Origin: Octopus sinensis
Lineage: Eukaryota
Assembly: GCF_006345805.1 (NCBI RefSeq)
Contig: NC_043000.1
Coordinates: 45,012,001-45,076,000, forward strand
Direction: 5' to 3'
DNA: 64,000 nt
Part shown: in pieces, positions 54,220 through 64,000 of the stretch
Position numbering within the stretch: position 1 is the first letter of the stretch
Layout of the letters: each line of letters opens with the position of its first letter
The notes under the pieces: model-generated
The model's database searches: none
What the model saw: the letters and a program-made list of their open reading frames with translations, nothing else
Told to the model about the DNA's origin: nothing
Program-made: the position numbers and the translations under genes

Positions 54220-54733
54220 CTCTACTCAAAATATGTTAAATTATAAAGAGTCTTAAGTTGTAAAGGTTTCCAAAGTTAAAAACTTAAATATATACATTTA
54301 TGAACTGACGCCGAGTATGATCAAAACTTCCCATAAAGAAATAGCCTCTCATCTGCATCGCCACGCAAGCTGAAATCGTTTTCATTAGAACGTGGCTTGT
54401 GCAATTTTTCGCGGGTAGAAATGAGGCAGGGCATTTGATCGCAGTATCTTATAACCATATTTTGTTTATAGAAATTACATAGACTATAGTTTAACATTTG
54501 ATAATAGGCTGTTCGAGATTCATGGAAAAATTACTTATTATTAAAAGCGTTGTTATTAAACTTTTGAAAATATTTACATTACCCTAATAGATGACGCGTT
54601 GAGCGGCGTCCTGTATAACCGAATTGGGGTATGGAATAACGGTTGGAATTTCATGAGTTCAGAACTTAATGTTCGTTTATTCGCTATTTCATTAAAGACT
54701 GCTGTTTTGGCTGTGCAGACTTAATAATGAGTG

Positions 54734-54817
<84 letters not shown>

Positions 54818-55016
54818 GTATATCATATATTATGACATTTCTTTCAATTAGCTATTTTATTACATTTATTTTATTACTTTTATTACATTTTATTACTTTA
54901 ATTAGGAAAATAACTATTTAATAAATAATCAGATCATTAAATTAAATTAAGAAAATATGAAGTACGCCATAATGATAATAATTTAATAATCTTGTAGAAT
55001 TTTAATTTGTAAATGC

Positions 55017-55611
55017 CTTGTAAGATACTCCTCCAGCTATTTATGGCTGGCCAAGATCATTCTTCCCAAAGTGCAATGAGGCATCGACGCCTTACTGGAG
55101 TTCAGCGTCTTGATCAGACCGACAAAGCTGGAGGGCTCCCCTGTATGCAGTGGTCGAATGTTGTCGACAAACAAGGTCTACAATCCTTCTGTCCACCGTA
55201 GACTGACCGATGCTAGTGTCAGCATTTTGGGCAAACACCTCACCAATGTTGGGCTAGCCTGCTTTCTTTGCATATGGCTGTCACGATTGGCTACTGGCAC
55301 TGCTACAAGAAGATAACTTGTGTTTCCCACAGAAAGAGCTGGCCTTGATCCTCGGCTCAAACTGGAAGGTATGTGCTGGGTGTTTGCTCTTGACATGCGA
55401 CTCACCGCTTGTCCCTTGATGGTGGTCTCCTTGCACCGGAAGTGCAGAATTTTGGTTTTCCTTTAATCCCCTGGCATAAGGACAAAGTATACTCCAGGTG
55501 GGGACATGGGCTCTGAGGCTCCTGGCTCTTAACGAAAGTTATCTGTACCTCAGCCACAGCTATTGCAGACTCCTCAACAAGCCCGTCATCTTCAGGCTTT
55601 TCACTTTCCAT
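55017..55611 (-). pseudogene. hAT transposase N-terminal part (BED-finger remnant and DNA-binding region)
   Basis: ILHFRCK...SHVKSKHPAH; VDRRIVDL.VDNIRPLHTGEPSSFVGLIKTLNSSKASMPHCTLGRMILASHK*LEEYLTR. Confidence 0.8.
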
Positions 55612-55699
55612 AACGATAAGAAATAACTTGATAAGCCGACAATGTACACTGCTGTCGCTGACATTGTGTGACTATCCATATGTAACAACTCAAAACTGC

Positions 55700-55880
55700 A
55701 GAATTGCACAATACTGCTTCGTCGACCTAACAGGAACAAATGTATGAATTTAGTTAACGGACTTAAGGTTAACGGAACTACATTTAGCGGAAGCTAATTG
55801 GTCTGCTAATGGTTTCCAAAGTTAGCGCACAATGCTAATCCGCTAATCGAAAAGTTAACTTCGCTAATTAGCTGCATGTA
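55700..55880 (-). mobile_element. Probable 5' subterminal region of the hAT element
   Basis: Dense short GCTAA/TTAGC/GTTAAC motifs, typical of hAT subterminal binding-site arrays, lie upstream of the transposase start. Confidence 0.5.
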
Positions 55881-55919
55881 TATACCTACATTCATACATA
55901 CATATATATATATATATAT

Positions 55920-55959
<40 letters not shown>

Positions 55960-55975
<16 letters not shown>

Positions 55976-56300
55976 TATAAATATATGCATATATACTTAC
56001 ATATATGTACAAACCTACATATATATGTATATATATAGGCATATATGGGTACAGGACATCAAAAACCGTTGAACTCAATGAGAAAGGAAAACATAAAAAC
56101 AAAAACATAGAAACGAACTTTTTTTCGAACAACGAAAAAAATAAACAGATAAACGAGACATACAACATAAAGAATATTCCCCTTCTTCAGTTGTTTCTGT
56201 TTCAACTACTCCGCGTTCCGAAGGCATGTAGAAAACGCGAAAGCAAATTAAATACAATTTGAGATTTTTTGCGGAAGGATGAAAGGGGTAACAAGAATAG
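55960..56300 (-). mobile_element. Interspersed repeat (probable PLE pLTR family), related copy at 60110-60360 (+)
   Basis: Shared G(G/A)AACG(C/T)GGAGTAG...ACTGAAGAAGGGGAA...TTTCTCATTG(A/T)GTTC(A/G)ACG...TGTCCT segments. Confidence 0.55.
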
Positions 56301-56957
56301 GACAGTGAGAACAAAACAGTAACAACAATAAAAAAGTAAAAGCAGTAAAAGACAGAACAATGAGATCAAAACAGTAAAAACAAACGATGAGGGCTGTTAA
56401 GCCAAGACGATGAAAAATTATTCTGAACGTTTAAGGAATCTAGCTTATGAAGAGACACTATAAGCCCGTTTAGTCTTTGCGAAGGTAGTAGTCAGAAAGA
56501 TAGATTTCCTCTCATCACATGTCAGTGACTAGAGAGTCGAGGAGAAGGGAGGAGGTGAAGGGGAAAGAAGAAGAAGAGCGATGGGTGGGAGAGAAAACCA
56601 GAAAGGATGAAGAACACGAGTGTGAGAGAGATAGTCAGAGAAGAGTAAGCGCAAAATTCCCATTTCGCTTACAAGGTACAAGTCATTATATATATATCTC
56701 ATTCACCTTCAATAAATTTGAAGACTAAATATGAAAAATCAAAATGTCAAAATGTAATGCCTTCATTATGATGTTGTTACATTCTATACATTAGAAATTA
56801 GGTTCATAGATCTACCTGTTCGTTAAACATTTAGAGTCACTAGCTAATAATGGCGCTTTCAGATGTTTGCACGACCTCCATAAATAGTAATCAAATCTCT
56901 CGCGAAGTATATCCTACCATCTTAAAAATAAAAACGAGATATTACATATACATGCAT

Positions 56958-57046
<89 letters not shown>

Positions 57047-57127
57047 ACAAAGTCAGGTTGTAAGATACCGCACGAGTGGAAATATATATGCAAGGTTTGA
57101 AAATGCAATTTTGAAAGGTGTTTATTC

Positions 57128-57169
57128 ACTTGACCGGTTTCACTATTTTAGAAAAATATTGTCAAAAGT
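57128..57169 (-). ncRNA. Decayed hammerhead-like motif
   Basis: ACTT-TTGACAA-TATTTT..AAAATA-GT-GAAACCGGTC-AAGT; stems I and III and the GUC site are kept, the core is mutated. Confidence 0.35.
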
Positions 57170-57860
57170 AAAATGTAAAAGCTTTGTAAAAATTTTGTTA
57201 TGTTAAGTACTGGTTGTCACAAATTATTAAAATACATATATACATTCTTTGATAATAATAATAATAATAAGAAGAAAAATGTTAAAACAGTTTACAAGGA
57301 AAAATCTTGACAAAATATTAGGATTTCATTAAAAATCCTGTTTGTTTGGAAGAATCTATATATATACACAGAAAATTATAAGTTCAAAAAGGTCTTATTT
57401 TGGTGGTATATATATATATACAGAAGGAGATATATTTAGGAGTTTACAAAGAATTTGAGATAAATTGACGGTGGGACTGAACACGGAACCATGTGGTTGG
57501 TAAGCAAGCTACTTACCACACAGCCCGTTTACAATTTTTTCTGGGCCAGCTACTTCCCTTAGAATTAGACACAGATAATTTCGATTAATATTATCGAATG
57601 CCATGCTTAAATAAACAAAGCAATTGTATAGGGCGAGATTCCGTTCAATGCCTCTTTCCGGTCTGATAGTAAAGATACAATGTGTATATTTATATACAGG
57701 TCTTCTCTATGTACTTATAAAGGTAGGTTAAGATCTAAGCTTGCCTTCTTGAAGCACATCATCTAATTCTAGTATTACAATCCATTATGTAGTTGTTGTC
57801 ATTGTCTTGATGTGAGATGCATATTAGATTTGAAAATTCAGGAAACAGCCTTTGCGGAGT

Positions 57861-58135
57861 TATATTGAAAAACAGGAAGTTGGACTACTTTTGGGTATTA
57901 TTTATTCACTATTTCACACATTTTATCTGCTAATAGGAATCACAAAGTTCTACATGTTAGATGAACATGTAAGAAATTTCCTTTGGAAATTCTGCAGACA
58001 CAGAGAAGATTATCGAATAGGAAATTTCTTGCATGTTTCTCCATGTACAATTTTGTTATTCCTATTAGCAGATGAAACATGTGCAATGGGGAATAAGTAA
58101 TAGCAAAAGACTTGCTAATTTTCTGTTTCATTATA
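57861..58135. repeat. Old imperfect inverted repeat (MITE-like hairpin)
   Basis: Perfect sub-arms ATCTGCTAATAGGAAT (57925-57940) / 58058-58073 and AAGAAATTTCCT (57971-57982) / 58019-58030. Confidence 0.8.
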
Positions 58136-58164
58136 TTATATTATATTATATATATTATATTATT

Positions 58165-58322
58165 CTTTATTTGTTTCAGTTCCCGTCTACCAAATCCACT
58201 CACAAGGATTTGGTCGGCCCGAGAATATAGTAGAAGACATTTGCCTATGGTTCCAGTGGGACTAAACCCAGAGCCATGTGGTTGTTAAGCGAGCTACTTA
58301 CCACAAAGCCACTCCTGCGCCT
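58165..58322 (-). mobile_element. SINE family A head
   Basis: CCGTCTACCAAATCCACTCACAAGG...ACTTACCACAAAGCCACTCCTGCGCC. Confidence 0.88.
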
Positions 58323-58338
58323 ATATATATATATATAT

Positions 58339-58614
58339 ATATATATGAAAGAAAAAAAGATGTTCAGAATGCTGGATGGTTGTAGAAATATATATTTATT
58401 TATATATCACATATTATTACTTCATATTAGCGCTTTCAACTACTCCTGTAGTTTCATCAGAAATGTCAGGAAAAAGATTTTTAAACTGACATTTCTGATG
58501 AAACTACAGGAGTAGTTGAAAGCGCTAATATGAAGTAATAATATGTGATATATAAATAATATATATTTTTGCAACCATCCAGCATTCTGAACATCTTTTT
58601 TCTTTCATATATAT
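58339..58614. repeat. ~130-bp near-perfect inverted repeat, 16-bp spacer
   Basis: Arms 58339-58469 and 58486-58614; 2 substitutions and 2 single-base indels by eye. Confidence 0.95.
58490..58532 (+). ncRNA. Minimal hammerhead motif (mirror copy on the minus strand ~58423-58465)
   Basis: CATTT-CTGATGA(58495-58501)-AACTAC-AGGA-GTAGTT-GAAA-GCGC-TA-ATATG; palindromic stem III AGCGCT; CUA site after 58527. Confidence 0.7.
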
Positions 58615-58643
58615 TAAATCTGTACATCACCCCAATACTTCTA

Positions 58644-58712
<69 letters not shown>

Positions 58713-58718
58713 GAGTGC

Positions 58719-58753
<35 letters not shown>

Positions 58754-58755
<2 letters not shown>

Positions 58756-59135
58756 AGTAGCTTGCTTACCAGTCATATAGTTCCGGGTTCGGTCCCTCTG
58801 CGTGGCACCTTGGGCAAGTGTGTTCTACTATATCCTTTGGCCGAACAAAGCCTTGTGAGTGGATTTGGTAGACGGAAACTGAACGAAGCCAGTCGTATAT
58901 ATATATATACGTATGTGTGTACATGTTTGTGCGTTTGTGTTTGTCCCCTCACCAACATCGCTTGACAACCGATGCTGGTGTGCTTACGTCCCCGTAACTT
59001 ATCGGTTCTGCAAAAGAGACCGATAGAATAAGTACTAGGCTTACAAAGAATGTGTCCGGGGGTCGATTTTCTCGACTAAAGGTCGTGCTCCAGCATGGCC
59101 GCAGCCAAATGACTGAAACATATAAGAGTAAAAAA

Positions 59136-59137
<2 letters not shown>
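58754..59137 (+). mobile_element. SINE family A (5' end clipped by TA tract)
   Basis: TAAGTAGCTTGCTTACC...GACTGAAACATATAAGAG. Confidence 0.9.
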
Positions 59138-59177
<40 letters not shown>

Positions 59178-59225
59178 TATATATATATAAATGAAAGAAT
59201 GGAGTTGATCGACGATTTAACAAAA

Positions 59226-59324
59226 TTCCTTTATTATCGACATATGTTTCGAAGACTGCATATTCCTAATTTCGAAGGTATAAGGGGTGCATTATGCCGC
59301 CTTCTCATCAGGAAAGACAAGGAA
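59226..59324 (-). ncRNA. Type I hammerhead ribozyme, mirror copy
   Basis: Reverse complement of 59787-59885 with one change in the distal stem II extension. Confidence 0.82.
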
Positions 59325-59786
59325 CTTATGTCAGCATCATGATGAACAAAACCTTTTAGATGACTGCCCACACGGAGTCCATAGCGATAATGAGTATCTC
59401 TTTAAAATATTTCGTTATAAGCAGTGACGTCAAAAATGGTTGAATGTAGAAGATTCTAGAAAGTTCAAGAGTTCAAACAGGGTTGGAAGGGGAGAGATCT
59501 AAGATAGGAAGGTGACAAGGTGCAAGTCATATGAATGGTGATGTGTTGTTGTTTGGTTTTGCTAATGAGATTGAGTGCCTATATGTGTGTATGTATATAA
59601 CTGCATTCTTAGATCTCTCCCCTTCCAACCCTGTTTGAACTCTTGGACTTTCTAGAATCTTCTACATTCAACCATTTTTGACGTCACTGCTTATAACGGA
59701 ATATTTTAAAGAGACACTCATTATCGCTATGGACTCCGTGTGGGCAGTCATCTAAAAGTTTTTGTTCATCATGATGCTGACATAAG

Positions 59787-59885
59787 TTCCTTGTCTTTCC
59801 TGATGAGAAGGCGGCATAATGCACCCCTTATTCCTTCGAAATTAGGAATATGCAGTCTTCGAAACATATGTCGATAATAAAGGAA
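59787..59885 (+). ncRNA. Type I hammerhead ribozyme, canonical core
   Basis: Stem I TTCCTTGTCTTTC/GATAATAAAGGAA with internal loop; CTGATGA 59800-59806; stem II GAAGGC/GTCTTC; GAAA 59861-59864; stem III ACATATGT; GUC, cleavage predicted after 59872. Confidence 0.85.
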
Positions 59886-60072
59886 TTTTGTTAAATCGTC
59901 GATCAACTCCATTCTTTCATTTATTTGTATTAAAAAAAACACACAAATTTCCACACGAAAGCACGTGATCTCTGTCCTTGGCATGTAGCTTCAACCGTGT
60001 TTTTCTGACGTGAATTTGCTACCCGGGTATCGGTTAACCGAATTATCCATACTAAGATAATTCATTCAACTA

Positions 60073-60112
<40 letters not shown>

Positions 60113-62339
60113 AACGTGGAGTAGATGAAATTAAGGCGACTGAAGAAGGGGAATTTTCCTTGTTTTGTATGTCCTGTACTCTATTTTTTCCTTGTTTTAA
60201 AAAAATGTCCATTTCCTTGGTTTTGTGTTTATGTTTTCGTTTCTCATTGTGTTCGACGTTTTTTGGGGTGTCCTATACCTATATATGCATGTATATATAC
60301 ATGTAGAGGTAGGTACGTACATATATGTATGTATATATGCATATGTTTTATTTATTTATTAATTTATATATATATATTTAAAATTCAAATTATACTGTAG
60401 TTAAAATATTGCACCCGAGAATAACATTTTAACATTTACTATATTTTATTAAAATTTAGAAAATTATGAAAACCTTACTGTTTTTTTCCCAAAATAATCT
60501 CATCCAATTTTAAGCTTATGGGATTATATTTACTCTTTTCGTCTATAACCCCAGTAATTTCTATTATTTTCAGAAAAAAATATTTAACCAAACTTATTTA
60601 AGTCTGTATTTAAGCCCATGTGCGTATATTTGGAAAAAAAGCAGTATTTTAAAAATTAAATAAATTTAATTAATTTTGAAAAATACAGTAGAATTCACAA
60701 GGAGAAAACTGAAAATGACAAATTAGGTGAAGTAATGATTTTGCCATGGATGAATAAGGTTAATTCTACTGTATTAATGTCAACTAATAAATTTTACATA
60801 TGTCAATTATAAATTTTTATTTGTCAGATTATTATTTTTTTATGTGGAAGAATTGACTGAGCATATGTTTGACTTGAAACCATTTAATGACAATTCTAAT
60901 TTTTTTTTTGTAATGGGATTTCAATTCAAGTGAAAAAAAATCTTATATAATATTTTTTACAACTTCATATTTTGTTGTTTGTACTTGATATAACTAAATA
61001 AAATGACTAATTTGATTGTGCATTTCAATAGACATTATTTTAAAATTGTTTTTTGTTTAAATTCCATTGTAATCCACATTTTTCCAGGCAATACAATAAA
61101 ACTGATAAGTGGTATTTTGTTAAAAAATATCTGACTTACTTTTCATTGTTGTTGATTGAATTTAAATAAGAATTTTATGCTGTTTTTTTTATAATTTTCT
61201 CATATTTTTTATTGAATTCTAAAAATAACAAAACGTTATCTGGACAGGGTTTCATTGCATTGGCTAATATATAAATAATTTTTAAAATGCAAAAATAGCC
61301 AATGCATTCACCATATGGAACGAAGAGAAACCTGCTCTTTTGCCTTTTCTGAACAGGATTACTAGAAACTTTCAGGTCTGCCATTGAAAGAAATAATAAC
61401 AATATTGCATCATTAAACTTTCAGCAATATTTTTTTTTAATGAAATTTTCATATATATGCTAAAATTCCATATTATAATACAGCTTTCATAACCCAATTT
61501 AAAACTGCAATTTCTATAAATAAAGTGTAATTCACTTATTTCTAAAAAATGCAAATATAGCCAATGCATCCACTGTAAAGAAGGAGAAGCAACTTGCCCT
61601 TGTTAGGACAAATTTAGTCTATTAGTCGGAATTCATGCAGATTAAGAATAAAGCCTGCAATTTAGCTACTGTTCTTGTCAACTTCCTGAAAATAATAATT
61701 CTGAATCCAGCTACTCTGAAAATCTAATCATAGTATCTGAAAGCAAAAACCTTGTCAATTTACCCTCAGAAATAATAATCTAAATTTTGCTACTCTTAAT
61801 ACTGAATTAACGTTTAAAAGCTGTCAAAACCTTTTTAAAACTTCAGACGTTCTTACAACTTTGGATGTCGTAATGCTTTGCTTTTGTTTGTTTAATAAAA
61901 ATTCCTCCTCCTATAATGATTTGGCTTTCATTTTGTGATAAACAACTATCATGCAGAAAATTTCAGCTTCTAAATCCTGTTTCTGACTAAGTGAAAATGA
62001 TTAAAATTTAAACCTCAGTAACATTTTTCTGCAATACGTATGTATGTATGTAGTATGTATGTATGTATGTATGTATGTATGTATGTATGTATGTATGAAT
62101 GAATGTGTCTGTGTATGTGCGTGTGAGTGTTTATTTGCAATGGACAGCAGAAAAGAGTGAACTGGTCACCAATCGTAATCAACTTACCCCTCTCTCTTTT
62201 AAGCTACCTGTTCGTAACACTCACATTTGTTTCCCTTCATTGGCATTTTAAAAGTCAATTATGTGTATGTACATGTATGTGTGCATGCATGCATTGTGTG
62301 TGTATTTACGAAAGTATGTATGCAGCGTTGTGTGTATAT

Positions 62340-64000
62340 CCCTGAAGTCGATATCAGGCGTTATTCTCTCCTTTTTGACCTCACATATTTGAAATCCCAA
62401 CTTATTTTTCTACTGAACCAAATTTCAAATTTCGTTGCTGAAAATGTAGCTTAGGAGGTGGTCAATCTAAAAATGTATAAACATCATCAAATTTTGGGAA
62501 AAAACTGAATTAGTGACAAAGCGTAGGAGTTGTCACGAGTGAGTAAATGTAGACCTTAAGAATATTATTCATACACTACCATGTGTGAATGATATTAATT
62601 ACAATGTAGTGTGTTCTATGAATATGAGATAGAACTTTGCAAGACACCTACATACTGAATTGAATCAAGCATTTTGCAATATTGGTTTCCAATTTTGGCA
62701 GAAGGCCATCAAATCCGGAGGGAGGGGATGGAAGTTGATTACATCAACCTGAGTGCTCAGCTGATACTCATCTTATCGAATACCGCAAAGATAAAAGGCA
62801 AAGACGACCTGGATGGAATTTGAACTCAGAATGTAGAGGTAGACGAAATACCGCAAAGCTTTCAGCCTGCGAGTTAACGACTCTACCAGCTCGTCGTCTT
62901 AGTACTGTAATAAATAATAATATTACTTGAAAATTGTTTAACGTACTTTTGGCACATTTAGCTTATATAATAACTTCTTCATTTTTTTAAAAGATTAGTA
63001 CCACGACACTCGTCTTAATGAGTTCTATCATATGAGCTAAAAAAGAACAAAAGTTTTACACAAAAACAAAATGTTTAGGTTTAGAATTTGCTTTTAGGCG
63101 TTATCACTATTTTCGGCACATTTGGCCACAGTAGTTTTTTTGGTTTAATTTTTTTTAATATATAATTAGCATCATGGGATTCCTGTAATCGAGATCTATC
63201 AGAAAATCTAAATTTAAATACGGTTTTCTTTTGAAATAAGAATTATAATTGGAGCGAAAGTCGATTTCAGGCGTTAATCTCCTTTTTTTTCCCGCGTTTC
63301 ACCTTAGTACATTTTTTACTGAATATTTTTGCATATAATTAACATGAGCAGATTCCAGTCGTCGAGATCTATCATATAAGCTAAAATAAAATATAGATCT
63401 ATTTAAAAAAAGAAACAATTTGGACTCAATGTCGATTTCAGGCGCTTTTCTCTCGTATGTGACCTCATATTTGACGGAAACTTTTTTTCTCCTGAACCAA
63501 TTTTCAAATTTTGTACCTCGAAATGTAGCTTATGATGTGACCAATCTAAAAAAAGTAAATATAAACTAACTTGGTTAAAAACTGACTTATTGACAAAGCT
63601 TAGAAGTAGTCATGAGTGAGTAAATGCTGACCATAATAATATTATTCATACACTACCGTGTGTGAATGAAGTTTTTTGAATAGATTAGCACCGCGACACT
63701 TCTTTTGATGAGTTCTATCATATAAGTGAAAAAGAAAAAGTTTCGGTTTTTAATTTGATTTTAGGCATTACCACTTTTTTCGGTACATTTGGCCCCAGTA
63801 GTTTTCATTAACAAATTTTTGGGATATAATTCGCATCATCGGATTCTTCTAGTGGAGATCTATCAGAAAAGTTGAATTTAAATATAGTTTTCTTTAGAAA
63901 TAAGAATAATATTTGGAATTACAGTCGTTTTTAGGCGTTTATCTCCTTTTGTTTTCGCCGATTTTCACTTCAGTACTTTTGTCTAGTGAATTTTTTTCCA
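62340..64000. repeat. Degenerate higher-order tandem repeat (~172-bp subunits, ~690-bp unit)
   Basis: GAG(A/T)TCTATCA at 63020, 63191, 63364, 63710, 63855; GTCGAT(T/A)TCAGGCG at 62347, 63260, 63431; block 62990-63430 recurs at 63680-64000. Confidence 0.8.
62686..62898 (-). mobile_element. SINE family B inserted in the higher-order repeat
   Basis: GGAATTTGAACTCAGAATGTAG...GTTAACGACTCTACCAGCTCGTCG. Confidence 0.85.

Larger units (their letters stand above)
59187..59924. mobile_element. Penelope-like 3' end with inverted pLTR: 318-bp arms, 102-bp spacer
   Basis: Arms 59187-59504 and 59607-59924, about 5 substitutions; the spacer on the minus strand reads ALNLISKTKQQHITI (weakly PLE C-terminus-like). 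Confidence 0.85.

Noticed and set aside
53653-54239. 144-aa and 158-aa plus-strand ORFs
   Set aside because: They are antisense shadows of the GC-rich hAT transposase on the minus strand.
58339-59924. Long inverted repeats as assembly or sequencing fold-back artefacts
   Set aside because: The arms differ by several substitutions and indels and have distinct spacers, which argues for real and slightly aged structures; long reads would still be decisive.
55960-60360. Type II hammerhead in the GAAACG..GGAGTAG...ACTGAAGAAGGGG repeat (56190-56230 minus; 60110-60150 plus)
   Set aside because: The core words are present but stem I is out of register with any NUH site.
61245-61600. TGCATTGGCTA/TAGCCAATGCA inverted pair and nearby duplicate as a CCAAT regulatory module
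   Set aside because: It is more simply part of a decayed AT-rich repeat region, with no gene or start site to attach it to.

Overview
AT-rich, microsatellite-laden eukaryotic DNA. Its repeat families match those I recall from octopus (coleoid cephalopod), which is an inference from memory and not a database result. I found no host protein-coding gene that I can support; most ORFs in the track are translated microsatellites or antisense frames. The window is mostly repeats: four tRNA-headed SINE families (labelled A-D here), R4/Dong-like and RTE LINE fragments, several Penelope-like element (PLE) remnants, a split GC-rich hAT transposase, a pogo/Tigger fragment, a mariner-derived MITE, a decayed LTR pair and a ~172/690-bp higher-order repeat. 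The most notable signal is about a dozen hammerhead-ribozyme (HHR) motifs. Two near-perfect long inverted repeats (58339-58614 and 59187-59924) carry an HHR in each arm, and the 59.8-kb copy has a fully canonical core with a GUC site. One tRNA-headed SINE family ends in a decayed HHR tail. Coordinates were counted by hand and may be off by a few bases.
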